The notes under the pieces: generated by a model
Seen by the model: the letters and a program-made list of their open reading frames with translations, nothing else
Told to the model about the DNA's origin: nothing
The model's database searches: none
Program-made: the position numbers and the translations under genes
From: Eledone cirrhosa
Lineage: Eukaryota
Length of the DNA: 64,000 bases
Assembly: GCA_964016885.1 (NCBI GenBank)
Contig: OZ024745.1
Span: 92,256,001-92,320,000, forward strand
Direction: 5' to 3'
In this document: positions 54,064 through 64,000 of the stretch, one piece after another
Layout: every line of letters starts with the position of its first letter
How positions within the stretch are numbered: the first letter of the stretch is position 1

Positions 54064-54335
54064 TGTATGTATGTATGTATGTATGTATGTATGTATGTAT
54101 GTATGTATGTATGTATGTATGTATGTATGTATGTATGTATGTATGTATATATATATATACATACATATCTGTTTTAAGTTCCCATCCTAATGATATGTGA
54201 TTGCAAATGTCATGACTTCAATCTTCTGAGGTCTAGGTTGAAATTACAATCTCTCTTTCTCCCTCCTTTTTATATCAGTTTTTCTTCAACTGACCTAACA
54301 CCAATTAAAGAATAAATGCTTGTCGTTATTTTATG

Positions 54336-54414
<79 letters not shown>

Positions 54415-54416
<2 letters not shown>

Positions 54417-54735
54417 CAATGAGTTATTTAATTTGTTGGTTATTCAACAAATTTAGTTTATAACAGTTTCGAACCACTCTACAATATTTTCTTCTGGAGT
54501 ATAATATCAATAATATTAATAAATGGAAACTATCTTTATTTTAGTATATATATTTCAAGGGTACCACAATTCAAACAGAACTTAAAACGATAAGTTCTTG
54601 TTTTGAATATGTCACTATCTGTAAAACAACTTTTATATTTTATATGATGAGAGCGTACCAAAAATGTTGGTACCCTTGAAATATATATAATAAAATAAAT
54701 ATGGTTTTATAAAGATAGTTTCCATTTATTAATAT
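54415..54735 (+). mobile_element. Non-coding fold-back relative of the 30.7-kb PLE pLTR, with a degenerate HHR (54637-54695)
   Basis: Arms at about 54512-54565 and 54668-54735; core ATGATGA..GAAATATATATA; (TA)n flanks. Confidence 0.7.
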
Positions 54736-54928
54736 ATATATATATATATATATATACGGGATAACAGGTTATCGTTTTAGGCAGTCCACTTAGATGTAGT
54801 CCAGTTGGAGAACTCCGTGTAGTGGATAGTATTAACGTGTGGCTTAGTTTGACTCAACAGGACGTTTCCATAGTGATGCTGCGAGTTCGCGGTGATTTCT
54901 ATGTAGTTTATACTTGGAGTAATAATAA

Positions 54929-55130
54929 TTCAAGAAAGAAGAGTGACATGGTTCGCTATACAGTAAGGGCTTTATTCACATTGCTGACAATTGTTTCTTT
55001 GACCTGGTAGGTCTAGAGTTCGCTATCCGCCTGATTATGCGCCAATCGATCTCCAATACTTTGTTTATAACCAGTCGTTTTCATCAGAGCCCTTATTGTA
55101 TAGCGAACCCTGTCACTCTTTTTTCTTGAA
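54929..55130 (-). mobile_element. Fold-back element with an extended-stem-II HHR (54983-55090)
   Basis: Arms 54929-54971 and 55088-55130. Minus strand reads gct-CTGATGA..gactggt..acca(g)gtc..GAAA-caatt-GTC-agc. Confidence 0.6.
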
Positions 55131-55174
<44 letters not shown>

Positions 55175-55176
55175 TT

Positions 55177-55996
55177 ATTTATTAAAATAACAGATTAAAG
55201 TTTAAGCAAAGAATCGCTGCTTTCACCCTTAACGGGATCTTCTGAAACTAACAAAGTCAATCTGTAAACGCAGAAGTGGATATTTCAAAAAACGTTGCAA
55301 CCGGAGGAAGACAGGAAGACGATACTTTGGTTCGTGGAAACGTTCCCTGGCAAAGAACGGAAAAAAACGAATATAATACGTCATTAATAGGAGCGGTGAA
55401 AGACAATTACGCGCAAAGACAGAACCACGTTTATGGTATAAAAGAGGTCGTAGACTAATGTTCTCTTAGGTGGTTCATAGAGACGTTCTCTGGCAATGAA
55501 CGAAAAAAACGAAGATAATACGTCATATGTGGAGCGTGGAGAACAATTGCACGCAAAGACAAAACCACGTAAATGGTATAGCTGAAGTTGTAGACTAAAA
55601 TTCTAACTAGGAGACCGAATGAATCTCCGCTTCAGAGTTAAGAATAAAGTAAATTAGACAATGTTACTAGAGAGGCATTTCCCGGATAGGGGGCAATCAA
55701 CCCGATTCCTACAATTACAGTTAGTACTAACTACAGGGTTGCACGTGTTCCTACGGCTAGGTAGTTTATCTAAATTTGAAGCTGTGATATTTATGTGCAA
55801 GGTTAGGAGTCGTAGAGTAAGAAATTTTAATAGTATTTCTATTAAAAATTTTACTATATTTATGTGTAGGGGGAAAATGCTTCGTAATAATATCCACTTC
55901 TGCGTTTACAGATTGACTTTGTTAGTTTCTGAAGATCCCGTTAAGGGTGAAAGCAGCGATTCTTTGCTTAAACTTTAATCTGTTATTTTAATAAAT
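55177..55996. mobile_element. Fold-back element with 108-bp arms, each carrying an HHR; intact core at 55924-55974 (+)
   Basis: Arms 55177-55284 and 55889-55996; agttt-CTGAAGA-t-ccc..ggg-t-GAAA-gca..tgcTT-aaact. Confidence 0.8.
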
Positions 55997-56173
55997 ATTT
56001 GCTCTACGGTTCTTATATATTATATCCTCATCATCATCACCGTTTTACGTCCGTTCTTCCACGCTAGCATGGGTTAGACGGGTTGTCCTATATATCATTT
56101 ATCGTTGAGTCGGCATTCTTGGTCCCCCCCCCCCTGTACCACCTCCTTAACTCATTATTATTGAGACGGGGAA

Positions 56174-56630
56174 GGGCGGTGGATTGGCAGAATCGGTAGA
56201 GAGTCGGAGACCATGTTTTGCAGCATAGAGCTACGGCCCTTTACGGTCTGAGTTCAAATCCCGCTGAGGTTAACTTTGCCTTTCATCCTTACGGGGTCAA
56301 TAAAATAATGTACCAGTAACATACTGGGGTCGATTTAATCGATTTTCCCCTCCCCCAAATTACTGGCCTTGTGCCTATACTAGAAATCATTATTATTGAG
56401 ACGGAGAAGGGCGGTGGATTGGCAGAATCGGTAGAGTGTTGGACAACATGCTTCGCCGCATAGAATTACGGCCCTTTACATTCTGAGTTCAAATCCCACC
56501 GAGGTTAGCTTTGCCTTTCATCCTTACGGGGTCGATAAAATGAAGTACCAGTAATGAACTGGGTTCGATTTAATCAACTTTCCCCTAACCCCAAAGTGTT
56601 GGCCTTGTGCCTAAATCAGAAACCATTATT
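56174..56630 (+). mobile_element. Two tandem full-length SINE family A copies
   Basis: Complete head, core and tail twice, each preceded by ttgagacggrgaag. Confidence 0.9.
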
Positions 56631-57273
56631 GAGACGGAGTTGCGCATTCGCATGAGTGAGGCCCATGAGTTGGAATGACTATTTCAACGTGTTCTCTGAA
56701 GCCTAGCTTCTCAAGATTTCTACTTAAATGACTTTTGAGCCATGAAAAGCCTTTGAAGAGCTGAACTACAAATACTGCAGCAATGTCTCATTTCAGCATT
56801 GGCTCCATTTTCTACTTGTTTATTATAAATGTTCAAGTGCCGACAAACGTGGCATTGAAATTGGTCTTCCGAAATGAAATTCCAATAATTCGTGGCGTGT
56901 TGGTACGATCTCAGATCAGCGCGAGATATGAATACTTTTGTGCATAAGGAATATTTAAAGAAAGAACGAGGATCACTCCCAGTACTATTGCGATTAATCT
57001 CATTTTTACGAACTTTTCTTTTCATTTTAGCATCCTTAACTCTGTCAAACTCAAAATCTTTAACATCGCTCCAAATCGAAGCTTACCACGTTTCCCTATC
57101 CCTATCACGTGGTCTGTTGAGAAAGTATCAGTCCTTAGGCTGGGAAAAGGCACAACTACTTACTCGAAATAGCCACCCCCACTTTTCGAGTCACCATGCA
57201 CTTAGCCCAGTGATCCCTGCACTGTTCGAAACCTTTTTTGTCTCCCACGGGGAAAAATAAAGCTGGATAACCC

Positions 57274-57311
<38 letters not shown>

Positions 57312-57451
57312 TGTTATAATATTGCCAGAAATAATTATAAAACACACTCACTGTTTGGTTTGGATTGGTTTTCGCTGCTGTATCTTTTATATCTCCATAG
57401 CTAATTTATCTGGCAATCATTGATTGACAAACGGTTGAAAGAAAAAATATA

Positions 57452-57697
<246 letters not shown>

Positions 57698-57803
57698 GGT
57701 AAATATTGATGCAATTCAATTCAAGCACTCAACGTACTTTTTCCACATAGGAGTGACGGAGTAAATATCGAATAAGGAAAAGCGAAGTAGTTTCAGATGT
57801 TCA

Positions 57804-58096
57804 AGTCCTTTAATAATAATGCTGTGATATATATTTCAATGACGACACTGGCCACACTGTTCTGTGTGCGAGTGTCGTGTCATCATCAGACAGCTTGTTA
57901 CATAATAAGGTTATGTTTCCGAGGCAAAAACCCAAAAGCACGAACTTCATCCGTTCCCATGTCGATTTAATTTGGATTGCCTCGGAAACATAACCTTATT
58001 ATGTAACAAGCTGTCTGATGATGACACGACACTCGCACACAGAACAGTGTGGCCAGTGTCGTCATTGAAATATATATCACAGCATTATTATTAAAG

Positions 58097-58100
<4 letters not shown>
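57804..58100. mobile_element. Fold-back element with 124-bp arms and two opposed HHRs (57821-57894 minus, 58010-58083 plus)
   Basis: Arms 57804-57927 and 57977-58100; gctgt-CTGATGA-long stem II-GAAA-tatat-ATC-acagc. Confidence 0.88.
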
Positions 58101-58146
<46 letters not shown>

Positions 58147-58149
<3 letters not shown>

Positions 58150-58485
58150 AAAGGTAAACAAAAATAACAACACAATCTGTACAGTATATGGAAGGATTAA
58201 CGCTTGATACAGCAGGAAGCGGGTCTTAACGTTTCGGACGCTAGTCCTTCATCAGAAGAAAGAATGAGAAATAAAATAGATTGAGGGGAGGGGCGGGATG
58301 GAATTTGAAAAAATGTCTTTAGATAAAAATAACAGGACTATTCATGTTGATATCTCTTGCAAAACAGTTGGTTCTGACGTTTTGTGTATGATTTGTTTTT
58401 TAGAAAAGTGGATGATGGCAGACGCCTACCTAGAATGGAAAAAGAACCGTCTTGTAAAAAGAGCTATACTTGAGCACGTGCGTAA

Positions 58486-58559
<74 letters not shown>

Positions 58560-59803
58560 ATAGGTCCGTATGAAGCTAAGAAGAAATGTGTGTGTATATG
58601 TGAGTAAAAGAGTGTGTGTGCATGTAAGTACGAAGCTATGAGCAAAAGTATGTTAATATAAGGGTGTGTGTCGGCATGTATTAGTTGTAAGAGAAGCTGC
58701 TAATGATCAAGAGAAAGCGATAGGAATCTAGGGGTGTGATAATGGACGGAGTATTAGAGAAATTGGGGAGGTGAGTTGAGTCCAAGAGGGGAATAGGACC
58801 CAAGACGGTGAATCAGACTTTGTTCAGTCCTGGTACGCGAGGCCTATGATCCATGATGTAAAAGGACACCCTGGACTGAAACATGTAGAGAAGAATGACC
58901 AGGAGAACAGAAATGACGGGCGACAGGAGTATCCAAACCGAGTCTGATGTCCTTCAAATGTTCGGTAAAACGGTCCACCATACGGCGTCCCGTCTGTCTG
59001 ATATATAAAGACCCGCAAAGGGAACACCGGAGGGCATAGACAACGTGGGTGGATGCGCAGGTGAAGGAATGGCGGATACGGAAAGACCCGTTAGGGTGGA
59101 AATAAAGGGACAAGTGTTGCAGCGGGAACGGGAACAAGGATGAGAGCCGGGTGGAGTCGTGGGAGAGGACGAAAAGGAACTGCGAACCAGGAGGTCGCGG
59201 AGGTTGCGAGCGCGCTTGAAAGCAGTAATGGGTGGGTTTGGAAAAAAGCGAGAAGTGACGGGGTCAGAAGAGAGGATACGGAAGGAACGGAGGATTTGTC
59301 GCCGGAGTGGTAGGGTGATGGGGTGGTAGGTGAGAGGGAAAAAAACACGAGTGTTGGAAGGGTGGGGGTGAGGTGAGAGGGCTGTGGTGCAGTCTGTTTC
59401 ACGGGCGCGAATGAGAGTAGCTTGGATCAAGGTGGGAGGATATCCACGCTGGATGAAGCAGGAAGCCATGCGAAGGGAATGGGTTTCGAAATCGTCGTCC
59501 TGGCTACAGAGTCGACGAAGAGGGAGGAATTGGGAATAGGGTATGGAGTGTTTGGTGTGGGTTGGATGGGAGGAGGTGAAGTCGAGATAAGATTGGGAGT
59601 CTGTTGGTTTAATGTAGATAGAAGTAGAGGGGGTGTGGTGATAGTGATTAATAGATAGAGAGATATCTAGAAAAGCGACAGAAGAATCGGAGACGGAGGC
59701 GGTGAAATTGAGAGCAGGATGAAAAGATTGGACGAAAGAAAGAAAACAGTCGAGCTTTTCTTGTGATAGAGAGGTGGCGCCGATACAGTCGTCGATATAA
59801 CGA

Positions 59804-59806
<3 letters not shown>
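58147..59806 (-). mobile_element. 5'-truncated Penelope-like element (Neptune-like) between (TA)n tracts
   Basis: Motifs RYIDD, FLDISL, KPTD..YL..SSHP..K.SIPYSQ..LRRLCS, C....C..C and VVYALRC..C..LYI.QT.R....RF.EH (GIY-YIG); HHR in the 3' repeat. Confidence 0.9.
58223..58260 (-). ncRNA. Minimal hammerhead ribozyme in the PLE 3' repeat
   Basis: tctt-CTGATGA-a-ggac-tagc-gtcc-GAAA-cg-TT-aaga, with palindromic AACGTT. Confidence 0.82.
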
Positions 59807-59871
<65 letters not shown>

Positions 59872-59925
59872 CGGCGATGAATTAGTTTTGCGAGTTTTTT
59901 TATATGAAATCGTGTGTCGAAACAA

Positions 59926-60815
59926 ATATTGTTATACTTGGGGAGGGTCATATTTATGTAATATTGCCAGAATTAATAACAGAACACACTCACTGTTTGG
60001 TTGGTTTTCGCTTCTGTGTCTTTTATATCGGTAATCTAATTTATTCGGTCCTCAATGTTGCCATTGACTGACCAACGGTCAAAAATAATACAGATACAAT
60101 ATAGACACAAACACATATATATAGTTTATCAAAGTTCTTTCGTTGCACATCTGCAACATCGTCAGTGGTGCTATTGTTTCCTCCCGTTACATTGTATGTC
60201 TACGCCATCTTTATTTAGTCTGTTTATATATTTATTTATTTATTTGTTTGGTTGTTTATTTTATTTTGTCTTCTTTGCGCATGCGTTTGCGTGTGTGTAT
60301 AGTGTGTAAATAAATAAATAGATAAATAAATAAATAAATAAATACATACACAAGCACAATAACAACAAACACATATAAACACACACTAGTAAAGATAGAA
60401 TACATTAACCAATACACAGTCACCCAATCACGAACACACATCAAACAAAACACTATACACACACGCAAACAAGACAAAATAAAATAAACAAACAAACAAA
60501 TAAATATATAAACAGACTAAATAAGATGGCGTAGACATACAATGTAACGGGAGGAAACAATAGCACCACTGACGATGTTGCAGATGTGCAACGAAAGAAC
60601 TTTGATAAACTATATATATGTGTTTGTGTCTATATTGTATCTGTATTATTTTTGACCGTTGGTCAGTCAATGGCAACATTGAGGACCGAATAAATTAGAT
60701 TACCGATATAAAAGACACAGAAGCGAAAAGCGAAAACCAACCAAACAGTGAGTGTGTTCTGTTATTAATTCTGGCAATATTACATAAATATGACCCTCCC
60801 CAAGTATAACAATAT
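59926..60815. mobile_element. Large fold-back element with ~370-bp arms and opposed HHRs (60128-60169 minus, 60565-60606 plus)
   Basis: Arms 59926-60305 and 60450-60815; CTGACGA-t-gttgca-gatg-tgcaac-GAAA-gaacTT. Confidence 0.88.
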
Positions 60816-61186
60816 ATATATATATGTGTGTGTGTGTGTATGTGACAAAAAGAAACTGAACATTCCTTTGTAAAATTCGGTCAGCTTCCTCTATCAACTA
60901 CAACAGTGTACAACTGACAGGCGTAAACACCCACTACCTGATGATAGTGGTGCCAAGAAGCCTTGTATATTCGGACACTCACCAACTCTCTGTCTGGGTC
61001 TGGCCCATCATAGCATCGTTTTAAAGATAATCATGATGTTTCTTTACTTAAAGCTTGTTATAGCTATAGAAAGAGGTGCAGTTTGACGTTTGTTGTTCAG
61101 CTCCATATCAACATCTTGTGGCGGTAGTTGTGATTATGACCTCTTTCAACTGGCATACCGCCTATGGAAGCATCATAGCTACCATT

Positions 61187-61275
<89 letters not shown>

Positions 61276-61277
<2 letters not shown>

Positions 61278-61580
61278 AGGGCCTTGTTTCAGAGGGGTAC
61301 CAGGGAATAAGTCCCCCCCCACACACACACACACACACTTTTTCAGGAACGGGGGACAAACCATCTTTTGTTTTTTTGTTTATTTGATATAATAAATTCT
61401 TTTAAAGCTTATTTTTTTATATCTGATCTTCATTTGAATATATAAAATTTGATTATCGTAAAATTTTACTTATGTGATAGGGTCCGGGAAAGGCACCATA
61501 AACAATACTAACATGCTCTTTTAAGAATCAACAAATATTGGTTTGTCCCTCTCACATTTTTAAGGCAAACGAGGCCCCTG
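61276..61580. mobile_element. hAT-like MITE in (TA)n
   Basis: TIRs caagggccttgttt and aaacgaggcccctg. Confidence 0.6.
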
Positions 61581-62094
61581 TATATATATATATTATAAGA
61601 ATAAAGGAACAAAGAATAATGTTGCATCATAACACATTTAATAACATTACATATGTTTCACTGTCTATCAGTTCGAGGAACGGTCTATTATTGATCGGAC
61701 CTGACTCTGGAATCGAAAGATCCTCATATTTGCCTCGGTATGTCAGCTCGTCTCTGATTTGATGCAAATATCTCCAGTATTCTGTTATATTTAACACATT
61801 CCAACAACGAGGTATTCTGCGGTCTCAGCTCATTGGTTCGTTATCTATATATCTAAAAAGAAATATATCTACTTATATATATAACCAGCAATTTCTCTGT
61901 CTGTCTGTCCGACAGTGGAAACACGTGCGTAGAGAGAAAGTGAGAGTGAAAGAAAGAGACAGACTACGTTAGGGAGGATAGCGGGAGAGAGAGAGAGTGA
62001 ATAGACGCTAAAACACGTGCTACAGAAACATTACCTTCCCTTCTCCACTGACTTCGGTCACTGAGGCCGAGGGAAACGCGCTGAGCGCGTCATA

Positions 62095-62841
62095 ATGACG
62101 TAATGCAGACAGCCAGACATACAGACAGATATTATAAGGGCGCAACGTTATATCTATGTATCTATCTAAAAAGAAAGACTAAGAATTATATAGAGAGAAC
62201 GCTAAATCGCCTAATGCGGTCCCTAGGGCATTGAAAATTTGAAATAATTTTTGCTCAAAACACTCACAGAACCATAAGTATTACATGTCTAAAGTTTGAA
62301 AACAATCGGTTGGATGGTTCTCAAGTTTTAGTGAGCTGACAGACAGACAGACATTCTCTGTTTTAGATATATAGACTAGCAGAAAACCGCCCCCAGGGTG
62401 GTTTTCTGCTAGTCTATATATCTAAAATAGAGAATGTCTGTCTGTGTGTCTGACACCCTAAAACTCAAGAACCACCCAACCGATTGTTTTCAAACTTCAC
62501 ACATGTAATACTTATGGCCGTGTGAGTGTTTTGAGCAAAACACATTTCAAATATTAGGCGCTGGTTAGCGATCTCTCTATCTTTCTTAGTCTGTCTTTTT
62601 TTATAGATACATAGCTCTAATGTCGCGCCCTTATAATATCTGTCTGTATGTCTAGCTGTCTGAATTAAGACACTGACTTCGCTATCTGTGTGAGTTTGTA
62701 TATATGTATATACAGTGTGTGTATATAGTGTGTAACGTTTTTCGAAATATTTACTTCTGCATTCAAAGATTGATTTTTTAGTTTCAGAAGATCCCGTTAA
62801 GGGTGAAAGCAGCGATTCTTCGCTTAAATTTTAATCTGTTA

Positions 62842-62883
<42 letters not shown>

Positions 62884-63174
62884 TATATTCGTGTACAGAT
62901 ATTTTTGCATTCACAATAACAAAATATAAACAAACGTATTTATTTCAAGATGCTCGACAGCAGCAAAAACAACAACAAAAAAGAGAGGGAACGCAATTAC
63001 ATGCTTTTGAAAATCTTAATGGAAACTGATTTGCCTTTTCACCCAAAGCGGCTTCACTTTTTATTAGGACTTCTGCATCAATTGGTGAACATACGACGAA
63101 ACTGTTTCAGAAAGGAGGGATAAACATGCCAATCTATGTTTAGAATCCCGAGCAACGCCGGGCCATTCTGCTAG
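62095..63174. mobile_element. Head-to-head non-autonomous Helitron copies
   Basis: Reverse copy 62095-62375 and forward copy 62413-63174, which ends cccgagcaacgccggg..CTAG|T. Homologous to 2635-2930. Confidence 0.75.
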
Positions 63175-63220
63175 TTCATCCTAAATCGGTTTATTTACAA
63201 AATAATATATATATATATAT

Positions 63221-63415
63221 GAAAATCTTCAAGACCCCGACGGCAGAGCTCAAGCCGTTTCGACGGCTATTTCTGGACTCAGAAATAGCCGTCGAAACGG
63301 CTTCAGCTCTGCCGTCGGGGTCTTGAACATTTTCCTATTACCCACTCTACAACCCAAAGTATCGAGTACTCTGGTGCGTTATGGTCCACCTGGTTCCTTA
63401 CCACACTTCCTTCGT
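63221..63415 (+). mobile_element. Fold-back element in (TA)n, a copy of 29297-29508
   Basis: Palindrome 63221-63334 plus an ~80-bp tail. Confidence 0.8.
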
Positions 63416-63560
63416 TATATATATATATATCTTTCCTACGTTCCTCTACATACTATACGTCTCATTCTACATTTCCTCTTACATCTCTCTCTTCACCACC
63501 GGATTCTGTTACCAGGAGATTTACCCATCTGCATTGTTGAGGATTCCAAAATGACCAAAT

Positions 63561-63602
<42 letters not shown>

Positions 63603-63612
<10 letters not shown>

Positions 63613-63949
63613 TGTATATATAGTGTATTTTGCAATACACTGTATGCTTAATTAAAAACATTTTGAAGACCTTACGCTATTGTTTTAAAGTAGTGACTAT
63701 GTCACTCCTTTTTTTCAACAAACAAAGGGAGATAAGCTGACAGATCTCTGTTTCATACTGTTGGTATTCATCAGAGCCTAGCACTCCCCTTGTTTGTTGA
63801 AATTATAAATGTTGGATTGTTCTAGAATTCCAGTAATAATCAGTAAGTCACATATTCACTACTTTAAAACAATAGCGCAAGGTCTTCAAAATGTTTTTAA
63901 TTAAGCATACAGTGTATTGCCAAATACATTATATATACATTCATATATA
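63603..63949. mobile_element. Fold-back element with ~100-bp arms and an HHR in the spacer
   Basis: Arms 63603-63706 and 63846-63949. Confidence 0.82.
63734..63779 (-). ncRNA. Canonical type I hammerhead ribozyme
   Basis: aggct-CTGATGA-atac-caaca-gtat-GAAA-caga-ga-tct-GTC-agctt; all three stems pair and the site is GUC. Confidence 0.85.
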
Positions 63950-64000
63950 CATCGCTATTTCAGAGCACCAATTCTAATTTTCAATTTTTGCTGGACCGGC

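Noticed and set aside
56720-57025. Possible C2H2 zinc-finger host exon
   Set aside because: Ligands are degenerate and no splice context is evident. It is more likely a decayed LINE C-terminus, but too weak to call.
57107-57275. Mariner-like terminal fragment; also a pogo-like end at about 550-633
   Set aside because: Only one degenerate end is visible, with no partner TIR or TSD.
60055-60679. Mirror ORFs MLPLTDQRSK.. on both strands
   Set aside because: They are a by-product of the inverted repeat.

Overview
This is a eukaryotic, AT-rich, microsatellite-dense intergenic or intronic window with no recognisable host gene. The SINE, LINE and microsatellite repertoire suggests a cephalopod such as Octopus (inference only). 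It is a mosaic of mostly decayed mobile elements: two coding Penelope-like elements (PLEs), RLE-type (R4/NeSL-like) LINEs in (ATAC)n tracts, a near-full-length Tx1/L1-like LINE, RTE and RTE-X fragments, Chapaev3, hAT (Buster/SPIN-like) and mariner transposons, Helitron derivatives, MITEs, many tRNA-derived SINEs and several minisatellites. The most striking hidden layer is about 18 hammerhead-ribozyme (HHR) motifs from at least 9 sequence families. Most lie in short non-coding fold-back or tandem elements inserted into (TA)n tracts, i.e. candidate non-autonomous PLE/retrozyme-like elements. Most ORFs in the supplied track are microsatellite or antisense artefacts. All calls were made by eye; no searches or folding programs were run.
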